Shown one piece after another: positions 28,430 through 42,438 of a stretch of 64,000 nucleotides of DNA. The stretch lies in assembly GCF_009914755.1 (NCBI RefSeq), contig NC_060928.1; one strand, written 5' to 3'. Below the pieces are notes generated by a model, which was not told where the DNA came from, made no database searches, and saw nothing but the letters and a program-made list of their open reading frames with translations. How positions within the stretch are numbered: the stretch's first letter is position 1; every line of letters starts with the position of its first letter. Source of the DNA: the human T2T-CHM13v2.0 reference genome, Homo sapiens. A program made the position numbers and the translations under genes.

Positions 28430-29440
28430 TAGGGTTCAGGTAGTGTGATAATCAATGACTTTAGGGTTCCTTCAGTCTGATTTTAGGTCTTGGCTAGTAC
28501 ACTTACTAGCTGTATGGTCTGGACCCAGTTACTTTTCTTCTATTAGTAATAGCAAATGATTCAATGTGTAAGGTGTCCTAGTCAATCTTGTGTTTTAAGT
28601 TTTGGATATTAACACCTTTATTCCTCAGAGAAACTCTAGATATTATTGACCCATTTTACAGATGGAAATGGGCACTCAGAGAAAGATTAAGTTGCTTTCC
28701 CAAAAGAACTCAAATCATGGTTTCTTCATCAGGAACATTTTGCTGATATATTTTTATTTTTTGGCCATTTCTTTCCACAAACATTATGCTCCCAACAACA
28801 TTGGCATTTGCAGTTGCTGGAATAAGTGAGCCATTTTATATCTGTATGGCTTTGTCATGCACTTGCCTCCAAGGTGCTTCCCACCACCCTCCTTTTTTTT
28901 TTTTTCTAGCTAACCCTCCATCCTCCGCCAAGACTCAGTTTGAACAACAGCATCACTTACAGCAGGAAGCCTTCCTTCTCTGTCCACCTTAGGCTGAACT
29001 AAAAACAATACTGTGGGCTCCCATGTCATTCTTCATGTTTTATCTTTTCATTTTGCATTGCAGTTACTGTTTTGTCTATCTCCATGATTGGGTTGAGGCA
29101 AAAGTAACCTCCTATCTGTATTTGTATCACCAGAACGTAATCTAACCGAATACCTTCCAGTATAAAGTAGTAGGGAAGTAATTGAGAGCAGAATGTGTGT
29201 GTGTTTGTATGTGTGTGTATATATTTTACATAATTATATATATACTATATATATTAATTATAAGCTGTGGAATTTGAACAAATTATTTATTTTTAGCTTC
29301 TGCTTCTTCCATTGTAAAAATGGGTTCAATACTATTCCACCCTCATGGGATAACTGTAAGAATAAAGATAATATATGTTAAGCGCATACATGCCCTTAGA
29401 ATGCTTACTTAATAAGTGACAGCTGTTTTTATGATCATTA
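28430..29440. mobile_element. MIR / L2 3' end / MIR cluster
   Basis: cacttactagctgtatg and cccattttacagatggaaa (MIR); ccatcctccgccaagactcagttt...caggaagccttcct (L2); tgtaaaaatggg...ccacctcatggga (MIR). Confidence 0.6.
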
Positions 29441-30979
29441 TTAGTGTCTTAGATTATATGGAGACTTTTCATGTAATCACATATGGACATTTTCTCAGGA
29501 AACCAAAATGTGTAGTTTATCACTGGTCCTGGATCATGGGCACCATTTATTTTCATGTCAGATATTTTCACTGAGAATATTTCAGTTAATTGTTGAAAAG
29601 AGCAGAAAATAATTCTTCACTTACCAAAGGTGAATAGGACATTCAAGTTCCCTTTATTCGCCTTTAAATTTGCAACATTTGTCTAGGTACGTTAAATCAA
29701 AATTAATTGTATTGCAAGATTAACTCCATTATTCATTTCCTTTACTCAGCATATGAGTAAAGATTGCTAGCTCATTCAAATAGAATCATTGCTTAAATGG
29801 ATTTTTCTTCCTTGCAGTCTAATTATTTAGTGGTTTTAAAACCTGTATTCAAAACAGAAAATTTTAAGCTTTCATGCAAAAAAGCAAAATGTTTAATTTC
29901 TTAAGAGTCATCTCCACGATAAGATAGAAAAACTCTCTTCATTATTTGTATGTACTGTAATGTTAATTTTATTTATGCTCTTATAAACCTCCTGAGAGAG
30001 CCTTGTGAGTTCCAAATTTTAAAAGATCAGAAGTTTTTTCCTCCTTAGTAATATTTTATATTTTTTATTTCTTTCTTATACTCTTCAATATGATTTTTCT
30101 TAAGCATAGATTAAATGCACGTAAAAGAGAATGCTTCCTTGAAATAAAACTGCTTATCTCCTTAAAAATTGGACCTTTAAAATACTCATGCCAGGGAATA
30201 TTAAGTAAATCATGAGTCTGAGTTCTAGCTGTGGTTATTTGGAAATTGTTTCCTATCGTCTTCCTAAGCCACATTTGGAAAATGTGAAGCAAAATACTTA
30301 TTACTGACCTCATCACTTAAAGCCATGAAAAAAAATGCATCTACTATATAAATAAAGCTGCTAAATTAGATTGGAGTTATTTTTTATTTCTGACTTCTTG
30401 CTCTATATTTTATTGGGAATTGATCATTTATAGTTAGGATATTTTATTGCAGCTACATGTGCACAGTGTATATTGGCTTCTGCTCATCATGGTATTATTA
30501 GGTTTTCCTATTCCGCTTTCCTTTTAGGAATTGACCTCTTTGTGGTTGTACATACACATTTTTAGTAGTTTCAGATAAAGTCTTGTTTTATGCTTTATGG
30601 GCTCAGCTATTTGAGAATAAGCTGTCTTCTGATATATCTTTATAATAAAATAATGAAATGCCCCTTTGGAAGTACATGTAGCATTTGAAGATGCTTTTAT
30701 TATTGGTACTTCCAACAGCTGGTTTTAAGCTATGTCCGATGAAAAGATTTTTTAAAATGTACTGTATTAAAGTTATTTTTGTACATCAAATTTTGTCATT
30801 CTATTGCTCTTTTAAGCAACAGAGTCTAAATTATTTGTCTTCTCTGACCTACATGGTAGACTTTGAAGACCTGGAATTTATCTGTATTTTTAACAGCAGT
30901 CTATGCGTCTAACAAAGTGATTAGCACATGATTTATACTCAAACAATGTAAGAAAAAGAAAGAATGAGTGGTTAAGGGT

Positions 30980-32100
30980 ATATTCCTTCACACACAAATA
31001 ACATCTTATGCAAAGTTCCTGAGGCAGGAAGAAGCGTGATGTGTTCCTGTACCTGAAGGAAGACCAGTGTTTCTGGAGCATAATGGGTGGCAGGACTATG
31101 GCATGAGGTGAGATTATCAACTTTATCAGGGACTTAAGGCCATATTTTTTAAAAATTGGATTTCTTTCACAGTATAAAGAGAAATAATTATGGGGTTTTA
31201 AGCAGGAGATGACAAAGTGAATTTTAGAGTGTTTAAATTTGCTGTTCTCGGAGACTGGTTCAGATGTGGGCAAGAATGAAACCAGGAGAAACCCAGTAGG
31301 AGGCTTGTACAGTATCCAGGGAAGAAGATGGTGACTCTTGTGGTGGTGGTTAGTGGAAAAAAATAAGATTGAAACTGGGAGAAGATAAAATCTGTGAGAT
31401 TTCTGCAGATGTGTAATTCTGGCATTAAGGCTACACATTAGGGGTAGTAGATCAAAAGATTTTAGATATGCTATGTGGAAGATGTCTGAGACATCCAAGT
31501 AGAGATATCAATTAGGCAGTGGATATGGGAGTCGGTAACTCAGAAAAGAGGTTTTAATTCAACAAATGAACTTGGTAATCTTTGATATATCACTATTATT
31601 CAAATACACAGGCATGGGTATAATAATCTGGGAGGCAGTATTGAGAAGGAAGCAAGTCCAGGGATAAAGCTTGAGAAATTCAGACATTTAGGAAATAGAA
31701 TTTTGCAGAGTTAGCAAATAGACCGATGAGGAATAGCTGATGATATAGGAGAAAAAGTAGGATTGTGAGGACCGAGAATGAGTGGTCAGCCTTGCCTGAT
31801 GCCACTGAAACATTACTAATCTTGGCAAGAGAAGTTTTAGTGATGTGAATGGGACAAAAATTGAGTAGGATTTATTAAGTAGGAGAGGAGGATCTAACGG
31901 CAGCATATCTAGACAATTTTCAAACATTTATCTGAATGATTAGCAGATAATGGTATAGAAGTATTAGGGACACTTGGGATCAGGGGATGACTTTGAAAAG
32001 AATGATACATATTGGAGCAATTTATATGTTGACAGAAGTTGTCTAGTAGAGAGAGAATGGTTGGTGATTCATCAGAGGGCAGAGATAATGGTAGGGCTTT
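30980..32100 (-). mobile_element. L2 (L2a-like) ORF2 C-terminal and 3' region
   Basis: gcaaagttcctgaggcagga...ggttttaagcaggag...ccagtaggaggct...gagacatccaagtagagatatcaattaggcagtggatat; explains ORF 30890..31498. Confidence 0.8.
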
Positions 32101-32960
32101 CAGTGTGATGTATATGACAACATCATAGTGAGAGAGGGTAAGGGAGCTATGTACTTGTCATTTTTTAAAATTTGAAATGATAAAGTTATTCTAAATAGGT
32201 GATATAAAGTATGAATTGTATATTGTAAACACTAGAACAACAACTAAAAAGATTATATAAAGAACTGTATAAATGATTATAATAAAAAAGCCAAGAGAAA
32301 AATTAAAACGGAAATGTAAAATATATTCAGATATCTCAAAAAATGGCAGGGAATGAAAAACAAGAACATAAATGTGTTAGGCAGATTCGAAAGATGTCTT
32401 GCCACCTCCACCCCAAGATACCTGTCCACAGGCTGTTCAGTCAAGCTAATCCAGGTACAGTACTGCTCTGAAGGGACTCTGCAGAGGGAATTAAGTTTGC
32501 TAAACAGCACATGTTAAAACTGAGGGATTATCCTAGATTTTTCAGGTGAGCCCACTGTAATCACATAAAGCTCTTAAAAGCATAAGAAAACAGAAGAGTC
32601 AGTTGGAAAGATGTAGCAGAAGAGAGAAATTAGAGAGAAATGAAGCCTGAGAAGATCTCAACTTGCTGTTGTTGGAGTGGCAAGGTGAGGAGGAATGCAC
32701 GTGGCCTTAAGGAGCTGAGAGTGGTTCCGAGATGACAGCCAAAGAACTGGGACTTCACTCTCTAACTGCAGGGAACTGAATTCTGCCAACACTGAATGAG
32801 CTTGGGAGCTGAGCCTTTTCCAGAGCCTCCAGAATGGAATGCAGCTCTGCTGACACCTCAAGATCAGCCTTGTAAGACTCTAAGCAATGAAAACAGCTGA
32901 GCCAAGACCGACAGGAGTTGTGAGATAAATAATGTGTTAAGCCACTAAATTTGTCATTCC

Positions 32961-33254
32961 TTTTTTTTTTGAGACAGGATCCCACACTGTCATCCAGGCT
33001 TGAGTGCAGTGGCATGATCATAGCTCACTGCAGCCTTGACCTCCCAGGCTCAAGTCCTCCCACCTCAACCTCCCAAGTAGCTGGGACTAGAGGCACATGG
33101 CAGCATACCCAGCTAATTTTTTTTTTTTTTTTTTTTGTAGAGACGAGGTTTTCCCATATTGCCCAAGCTGGTCTGGAACTCCTGAGCTCAAGCAATCAGC
33201 CCATCTCATTCAACCAAAGTGCTCGAATTATAGGCGTGAGCCATGGTGCCCGTA
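32961..33254 (-). mobile_element. AluJ inside the MLT1E 5' LTR
   Basis: gatcatagctcactgcagccttgacc, ctcctgagctcaagcaatc; TSD aaatttgtcattc. Confidence 0.92.
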
Positions 33255-33642
33255 AAAATTTGTCATTCTTTATTAAGGCAGTAATAAAAACAAATGCATA
33301 TTTTCGTTTCTGAAGTAGGGTGCTTCAGCAACAAATACCTAAAAATGCATGAGTGGCTTTGGAATCAGACTATGGGAAAAGACTGGAAGAATTTTGAGGA
33401 ACATTATAGAAAAAGCCTAGATTACCTTGAACAGGACAATAGTAGAAATTTAGAATCCTTCTGATGAGGACTTAAAAGGGAATGAGGAACATGTGATTGG
33501 AAACTGGAGAAAGAGGAACAATTGCTATATGATGAAGAGAGACTGGCAAAATTATGTCTTGTAGTTATGTTGCAAGCAGAACTTTTAAGTGATGAACTTG
33601 GATATTAAGATTTCCAAGCAAAATACTGAGAGTATTACCTAG

Positions 33643-34025
33643 TGTATTTGTCAGCAAGATGTCACAGACTGGGTGGAATAAAAACAAATTTATTCTTCAC
33701 AGTTCTGGAGGCTGGGAAGTCCAAGATCAAGTAGGCAAAGTAGGTTCATTCTGAGGCTGCTGTCTTGGCATGTGGGTGGCCATCATCTTACTGTGTACAC
33801 ATATGACCTTTTCTTTGTGTGAGCTGGTGGGGACAGGGTGCTCCCGGATGTTTCTTCTTTTGAGGATGCTAATCCTATCAAATCAAGACCCCATCCTTAA
33901 GACTTCACTGAACCTTAATTACTTTCCTACTCCAGATACAGCCACATTGGATGTTAGGGCTTCAACGTATCACTTTCCTTGGCTGGGGTCATGGAGGAAG
34001 AGGCACAAATATTCAGTCCGTAACA
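33643..34025 (-). mobile_element. MLT1A-type solo LTR nested in the MLT1E internal region
   Basis: cacagttctggaggctgggaagtccaagatcaag...gttagggcttcaac...attcagtccgtaaca; TSD cctag/cctgg. Confidence 0.85.
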
Positions 34026-35042
34026 CCTGGCTTCTTCTTGCAGCTTATAGAAATATGTGAGAGGAAAGAGATAAACTGAGGGGAAAAACTGTCAAACAAA
34101 AAGGAGCAAAGACTTAATGATTTTAGAAATTTTCACTTTACCCAGCAAAAGACTAAAATTAAGAGATTCACTGTCAGCAAAGAATGCACTGGAGAAAAGG
34201 CTAACGATATGATTGTATGATTCTTCTCTGAAATCTCAAGAGAGATTAAAAGATCAGAGTATTTAGTTACATAAAAAACTCTTTAAAGAGATTAAGGGTG
34301 TGACTTACAGAACCCCCTCATTCAAACCAGGGTGCTTCTAGAAATCTGAAGGGTGTTGTCACTGATCCATGTTTGCAGAAGCCAAACAAGATCATCTAGG
34401 AAAAATCTGTAGGAAGGCATCTGGTCTAATGTAGTGAACCCCTGTTAAATTAATGCCAAACTCACAAGATTGTTGAGAATTGTATACCAGTAGAACACTG
34501 CCAGCATGGACAGAAAGGGACAGAGGCTATAAAACGAAATAAGGCTGTTTGAACCCTCAAATTCTACTGGTAAATAAAACTACTGATGAAACTCTTAGCT
34601 GCCAACACGTGCTACCTTGCAGGAAAAAAGTTGACTCAGAGGGCAGAGTAGCTTGCCCAAATCGTGGCATTTTGAGCCTAAAGGATAGAGCTGTGATCCA
34701 CAGAGGAGTTTTCCCAGGCCTAGAAACCTAATGTATTTTGCTGACCTGTACGTGGATACTGCTTTGTACCTGTCAGCTTGTTCTACCATCCGTGTTCCCC
34801 CTGTTGGAACTGGTGTATTTATAACTGACATCCAATGCCTGTCTCACAATTGTATGTTACGAGCAGATAACTTGTGTCTTTAATTTCACAGGTCCACAGA
34901 TGGACAGAAATTGTTCCCAGGAGTTATACCCAATGGATTATTCAACTAAACTAGATTTAGTTGAGAGATTTTGGATTTTTGAGCAAATGAGATTTAAATG
35001 AGATTCTTACGCTTTGAGTTGTTGCTATAATGGAATGAGACT

Positions 35043-35424
35043 TGTCTTAGTCCACTTTCTGTTTCTTATAACAGAACACCTGAAACTAAGGAATTTATAA
35101 AGAAAAAGAATTTGTTTCTTACAGTTATGGAGGCTGAGAAACCCAAGGTTGACGAGCTACAAGTGATGAAGGCTTTCCTGCTGATGGAGACTCTGCAGAG
35201 TCACAGGCAGTGCAGGGCCTCACATGGTGAGGGGGCTGATTATGCTAGCCCAGGCTTCTCTTCCTGTCCCAGTTTTGTGATAATCCATTAATGCATTAAT
35301 CCATGAATGGATTAATCTATTCATAAGAGCTCTTCCTCTTAAAGTCCCCACCTCTCAATACTGCCACATTGGTGATTAAATTTCAATAAGGGTTTTAGAG
35401 GGGAAAAACATTCAAAGCATAGCA
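35043..35424 (-). mobile_element. MST (MSTC-like) solo LTR nested in the MLT1E internal region
   Basis: tgtcttagtcc...gactctgcagagtc...taatccatgaatggattaatc...cattcaaagcatagca. Confidence 0.85.
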
Positions 35425-36131
35425 GTGCTCTTGGAAACACTGAAAGAAGTATGAAGGTATTTTGCATTTGGGAGGGGCTTGAATCTTTGAGGGTTAGAGG
35501 GAAGACTGTGGTAGACATAATTCTAAAGATATTTCCTCAGGCTTCCTCTCTTCTGGTTATTCAATCAAGTGATGATACAGGTATAGCTGTGAAGGGACTT
35601 TTCAGATATAATTAAGATGTAATCACCTGATATTAAAATAGGAAGATTATCCTGGATTATCTGAATGGACCTACTGTAATTAAATGATCTGTTAAAAATA
35701 GAAAAGCAAGGCAAAGAATTAGAAAAATTCATCAAAAGGGGAAGTAAGAGAGACTGGGAACATGAGAAAGACCCAACCCACTGTTACCGGAGGGCAAGGT
35801 GAGGAGAAATGCAGGTAATATAAAGATTTGAGGAATGTTCCCAACTAACAGCCAGTGAAGAAACCAGGCACCTCCACTCTGTTGATGCAAGGAACTGAAT
35901 TTTTTGAATTTACTTGAGTGAGATTAGAAGCCGATTTTTTCCAGAACCTTCACAAAAAAATGTAGCCCTACTAATACCTTGATTTCAGCCTTATGAAGCT
36001 CTAAACAGAGACACTAACTGAGCCACACTGTCTCCAGACTTCTGACCAACAGAAACTATGAAATAATAAATGAGTATTGTTTTAAGCCACTCTGCTAATT
36101 TGCTACAGCAGTGATAGAAAACTCATACAAC

Positions 36132-36479
36132 TGTATTAGTCCGTTTTCATGCTGCTGATAAAGACATACCCGAGACTGAGCAATTTACAAAAGAAAGAGA
36201 TTGTTCCACGTGGCTGGGGAAGCCTCACAATCACAGCAGAAGATGAAAGGTACATCTCACATGGTGGCAGACGAGAACAGAGAGAGTCAAGCAAAAGGGG
36301 TTTCTTCCTGTGAAACCAATATAGTCTCATGGTACTTATTCACTACCACAAGAACAGCATGGGGGAAACCACTGCCATGATTCCATTATCTCCCACCGGG
36401 TCCCTCCCACAATATGTGGGAATTATGGCAGATACAATTCAAGGTGAGATTTGGGTGGGGACACAGCCAAATTATATCA
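36132..36479 (-). mobile_element. THE1 (B/C-like) solo LTR
   Basis: tgtattagtccgttttcatgctgctgataaagacatacccgagactg...gatttgggtggggacacagccaaattatatca; perfect TSD acaac. Confidence 0.92.
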
Positions 36480-39400
36480 ACAACAAAACGTAAACGACAA
36501 GTAGAAAAATAATAATAAAATGGCAGGCATAAATCCAAACATATTAATAACCACATTAAATGTAAATGATCTAGCCACACCATTAAAAGGCAGAGATGAT
36601 CAGATTGGATATAAAAGAAAGGCCCAATTGTATGCTTTCTACTGGAAACTTAACTATCATTATACTATTAAGTTAAAAATAGAAGGATGGAAAAAATATA
36701 CCACACAAACTCAAATTAAAACAAAAGCTAGAGTGTCAATATTAATATCAAATAAAGAAGACTTCAGAACCAGGATAATTACCAGGGAGAAGAAGGAATA
36801 TTATGTAAAAAGTGTCAACTTAGCAACTCAGAACTATTTATATAGGTTTTTTTGTTTGTTGTTTTATTTATTTTTACCACAAATTATCACAAGATATGAA
36901 GCAAGAACTGAAAAGAGAGAGAAATACACCATTGCATTTGGAGACTTTAGCATTCCCTTTGTCACTTATTGGTAGAACAAATAGGCGATAAATGAGCAAA
37001 TATATTTGGAAAACTTGAGCATCATCATCATTCAACATGACCCAGTTGATATTTATAGAACATTTTACCCAACAACAGCAGAATAGAGATTCCTTCAAGT
37101 ATGCATGGAACATTCACCAAGATAGACAACATTGTTTGTAAAAAATATCTAAGTTAAAAAATCGAAATTATTCAACTTTTACAATAATAGAGGTAAAGTA
37201 GAAGTTGACAACAGAAGGATATGTTAAAAATCTCACATATTTGGAAATATTAAATAACGTATATAACATATCAATAAATACTCAAAAGGTCAAAGAAGAA
37301 ATATCAAAGGAAGGGAGGAAATATTTTGAACTGAAAGAAAATATATATGCAACATCAATATATTTGTGATGTTGCTAAAACAGTTCTTAGGGGAGAATTT
37401 ATAGCATTAAATGCTTATATTTAAAAAGTTCTCAGATCAATAATTTTAGCTTCTACCTACAGAATCTGGAAAAAGAACAGAAAACCTAAAGCAAGCACAA
37501 GGAAGGAAATCATAAAGATCAAAGCAAAAGTCATTTAAGCTCGAAAGAGACAGACATTAGAGAAAAATCAATGAAACCAAAAGCTGATTCTTTGGGAACA
37601 AAATCAATAACATTGATAAAGTTCTAACCAGATTGACCAAGTGAAAAATAATGCACAAATTACAAATACCAGGAATGAAAAGAGGGGATGTAATTACTGA
37701 TATTAGCATCACAAAAAATGGAAAACTATGAAAGTTCTATGCACATACATTTGAAAGACTAGATGAAATAGACAAATTATTTGAAAGATGTAAACTACAA
37801 AACCTTACCCATAAAGAAATGATAACCTGAATAGCCTACACCTATTAAATAAATTGAATTACTGTTTAAAATCTTACAAACAGAGAAAATGTCAGATGCA
37901 GGAGGGTTGGGATTAGAGTAAGGAATTCGAATGAGAAAAATAGTGGCCAGATGATGTCTGGGCAGTCTGTGGTGTAGTGCTGAAACATAGGGGAATCTTA
38001 GACTCAGACTGCTGGCAGGAATGGAATGGAACCCCTAACAAAAAGTCTGTCTTGGTCATAATTGGCCCATGCACAGCTAATGCCAGTTATTATCTTCATT
38101 TAGACAGTTAATGCCATGGGCAGTGAATGTGGTCAGTGGCTACATTCAAGAAGGTCTAGGTGATCTTTCAAGAAGAGAAAGAGTCTCAAGAGGACACCAT
38201 GTCATGTTAAAAAGAAAGAGCTATATTAGATGTGTTACCCTAATGACATAGTACTTATGTGGAGGAGAAGAATTTGACTAAGTTGTGTATGACTTCAGGT
38301 CTTGGTGCTACTGGTAGTGGAGACAGTTCCTGTGGGCCTGAGTGCTTTCATAAGCTCCCTACTCAGCCATTGTGTTCTACACTGGAGTGAAGTTTTCCAG
38401 GCAATGAATATAAACATCTTGCTATATTCCAGAACTCTATTATAATAATTGATCCATTATTACCAAGTTAATCTAATTGTAGTTGTTGATAATTTTTTTT
38501 CTTTTTATAGCAATGTTGTTGATCTTAAAAGAGAGCACAGTGCTAGAGCACTACTAATCTACTTTGTACCATTCTTTATGTGGCATTGTACTTATTTTTA
38601 CCCTTTTATTATAAATCTGAAAAACTGCTCTGTTATGTTTTATGTTGAGGTAGCTCTTAAGAGATAGAAATAAAAAGTTGACTTTTCAAAATTACAAATA
38701 GTACTTGTGGTACAAATATTTCCCATGTGATTAAAAAGGGAGAATTTCCTGCTCACCAAATTATTCTTACAAACTCCACAATGTTGGCCAAGTCAAGGAA
38801 AATGTGAAATGATGCTCTTCTAAATCTGAAAAATACTAAAGGATCATACTAAATTTCTGCAGTACTTTATAGTTCCTTGTCCATATTGTTGATCTATTAA
38901 AACTACAAAATATTATGGATTCAGTATAACTTTTAAACATTTTTGTACAGCTTCCAGAAAGCATTTGGAACATTAGATTATATTGTATTCTGGTTTTGAA
39001 GAAAACTTGCTTGGGAGTTAATTCTAAATTATGCATTAACTTGAATATTTTAAACAATGGTTTGAATAGTTATGGGATGAAGTAGACAGGGAAGGAAATA
39101 GTGGGTTTTAAATATTGATTTTCAGTTTATGAATTGGGACCCCTCACTTAATAATTTCCCTTGCATCTCACAGATTTATTTTTAAGACTGATGAGAATGG
39201 ATGAATTCAAAGTTTTGAAAATATAAATAAAGACATGAAGTTATAGCCCCAGAATAGTGTACTCCTTCTAAGGACACCAACAGTTATTGTTTTCATGATT
39301 CTAATGTATTAGTAGTCAGTGGAAGGCATGATAAAATTGGCACTGCCAAAATATTCATTCATTATATTTCATATTATTGGTGGCTGGGGGGGTAATCAAT

Positions 39401-40243
39401 GTTTTCAAAAGTCAAAAAAATAAAAAAATTTAAAGAAAAAATGTCATTTTTCCTTCAAATTATAATGGACATAGCATCCCCCCACTAAAGAGCAAGAATG
39501 GGTTTTAAAAGAAACAGAAAACTTGAGGTGTTATATAGATTTCATTGCTGACATTTTTTGCTTCAATTTCCAACGTCACTTGTGTACGTTTACTTACTTC
39601 TAACCCTGGTGGATTCAAACTTTTTTTGGCAGATGTTTTCAAACACAAAACAAGTCTAAAAATATCAAATCAAAATGAAGGTCAGAATAAGATGTTAAAA
39701 GCAGTTGTTGTTTTGTTGAAGCCATAATACAAAAAGTATTAGGTTTGATATCATGATTATCAGAGTGCCATGGTGAAAGGATGAGTGACTTCTACATGTT
39801 GAAACTAAACTATAGCTTTAGGTCATGTGTGGGAGACGGGTCCAAGTGAGTGTATATAGTATTTGTCCTTTGGTATTTATTGTTGTTGTTCGGGTTGTTG
39901 CCCAACCTGCAGTTTTCAGGAACCGTGAGGTACAGCCAGATGGACAGCCTGTGCTTTCACATGCTGCAGCTCCCCCATGCTTCCCTCTCCATCTGGAGTC
40001 TGATGGACTTTGCCAACACTGCAGCACCAGGAGCTAATTTCTACCTGCCTCTCCTCAGCTATGTTCTCTTGACGGAGCATCTATTTATATATCACCTCAT
40101 GCTGCAGCATCCAGCTGGTTTTGTTGTTGTTGCTTTCCATTTGCAGAGATGTTAACTGCAGTGGTATTTCTTTTTCATTTAGAAAAAAAAAAAAAAAAGA
40201 AAGAAGGAAACACCTTCGAGATAGGTCATCTATTTGCTCTGTC

Positions 40244-40264
40244 ATATATATATATATATATATA
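40244..40264. repeat. (TA)n microsatellite
   Basis: Direct read. Confidence 0.9.
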
Positions 40265-42438
40265 AATATTATGTACAAATGAATAGAGTGAATTTCACTC
40301 AGTCTAGTCAAGGACGAAATGCCATTTACACACCTCTTTATTTAACACTGGAGTGTACTTTTCTTTAAATCTCCTTTTGCAGCTTTTTAAGGGAGAAGGG
40401 GTTTCTGAAATGGAATTATGTGAATGTTAGCATTTTATAATTGAAATTATAATTACATTGGAAACGTAAGGTTCTAAGCCCAAGAAGGGATCCTGTGGCA
40501 AAATCTCTTGTAATAAAGAGTGATAATATTTTCTTATATTTTTACTTTTCAAAAGTGATCTTTGTTTTCAAACATTGGTGCTCACCTAATTTATTTATTT
40601 CTTTTCAATTTTACTCTGATGGCTGAATTCCTAATTTGGATATTATCTTACTGTTTTTACTTTTAAACTCAAGATTTACTTTTATTATGTCTTTTTTGAG
40701 ATCTTTATTTAACTCCTCAAATAATGGCTGGCTTCATTCAAATATTCACTAACTGGCTGGATATCAGAATATTGCCAACGGCTATACAACATTACCCAAT
40801 AATAAGAAGAGAAACAAAAGGATATGGGGAGAGGAGGAGGATTTTAAGAATGTTTTGGGGTGAGATTGACTATTTGTCTGAAATACCCAGAACACATACA
40901 CGCTTGAGAGGAGTGGAAGGGATAAATACACTTAGAAGGAATAAGTAGGTTCTCCAAAATGAAGATTTTTTATGATTCCAGAAAATATTGATGGGCTTAT
41001 AAAAAGATAAATGGAAAAAATTATGACCACAAACTTAATAATAGTACTGGGAGAAAAACACAGTAAAGCACAGCATTAGGAGTGTGAGAGCGAAAGAAAG
41101 AAAAGAACTGGATTCTGGTTTCTTCTTCATGGCTCTGTGTCCTCTGCTTTTGGATGCCTATGTAACTTTGCCAGACCTCTCTTGCCCTGTGACCTGCAGG
41201 TATTGGGAGAGCCACAGCTAAGATGTCAGGACACCCTGGAAACCAGAAAATGCACACATTGCATATGAAACCCAAGTCAGGAACCTTGCTGGAAATAAAT
41301 ATCCCATAGAGAGCCTTGGCACTCTGAAAGCACCCAGAAACAAAGGTAATTGACTGCACTCAATATAAACTATGGTCAAACCCCAAGAGAAATAAGGAAT
41401 ATAGAAACAAAAAACCCCATCCAATTGACAGCAACTTCACAAAGATAAAGGAACATCAGCCCTCTCAGATGAGAGATAATGAACGCAAGAATTCTGGCAA
41501 TGGCAATTCAAAATGTAAGAGTGTCTCCTTACCTCCAAGCTGTCACACTAGGTCCCCAGCAATGGTTCCTAACCAGACTGAAATGGCTGAAATGATAGAC
41601 AGAATTAAGATTCAGGAGAAAGTTGAAACACAATCCATGTAAGCCACTAAAATGATACAGGAGTTGAAAGACAGCGTAGCCATCTTAAGAAAAAACCAGT
41701 TGAACTCTGGTATTGAAAATTTCATTGCAAGGATTTCATAATAGAGGTGGAATCAGTAACAACAGAATAGAGCAAGCTGAGAAAAGAATCTTGGAGCTTG
41801 CAGACCAGTCCTTCAAATCAACCCAATCAGACCAAAAAATTAAAATAAAAATAAAAAGAAAGAAAAAAGAAATTATAAAATGAACAAAATCTCCAAGAAA
41901 TATAAGATATAAAGAGCCCAAATGTGTGACTTATTGGCATTCCTGAGAGATAAGAGAGAGTAAGCAATTTGGAAAATGGTATTTGACAATATGGTCCATG
42001 AAAATTTCCCTAGTCTCACTAGAGAGGGCAACATGAAAATTCAGTAAATTCAGAAAACTCCTGGGAGATATTGCATAAAATGATTCATTTAAAGACACAT
42101 AGTCATCAGATTCTCCAAGGTCAATGAGAAAGAAAAAATTATTAAAGGAAGCTAGAGAAAAGGGGCAGGCCATTTACAAAGGGAAACCCATAAGGCTAAC
42201 AGCAGACTTAGCAGAAAGGCTACAAGCTAGAAGAGACTGGGGACCTATATTCAGCATCTTTATTGAAAGAAATTTCAACCAAGAGTTTCATATGCTGCCA
42301 AACTAAGTTTCATAAGTGAAGGAAAAATAAAATCTTTTCCAGAAAAGCAATGCTATGGGAAGTTGATACCATTAGACCAGCCTTACAAGAGGTCTTTAAA
42401 GGAGTTCTAAACATGGAAATGAAAGAACACTACCTGAT

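Larger units (their letters stand above)
32372..36129 (+). mobile_element. MLT1E-type MaLR provirus: 5' LTR 32372-33298, internal region, 3' LTR 35507-36129
   Basis: Two homologous TG...CA LTRs (gaagggact..cagat..aattaag, gattatcct.gatt, gaactgaatt); internal start caaatacctaaaaatg...gtggctttggaa; purine tract before the 3' LTR; TSD ataaa/acaaa. Confidence 0.85.
32100..37890 (+). mobile_element. Old L1M (L1MC/MD-like), inter-ORF region plus ORF2 endonuclease region, split by the MaLR provirus
   Basis: ORF 36520..36975 has ILITTLNVNDLATPLKGR...KLKIEGWKKY (L1 endonuclease); A-rich ORF2-like sequence continues to ~37890; upstream piece at ~32100-32371. Confidence 0.8.

Noticed and set aside
30890-31498. 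202-aa minus-strand ORF
   Set aside because: Lies within a decayed L2; chance open frame
35281-35325. Palindromic taatccat/atggatta cluster
   Set aside because: Intrinsic to MST LTR sequence
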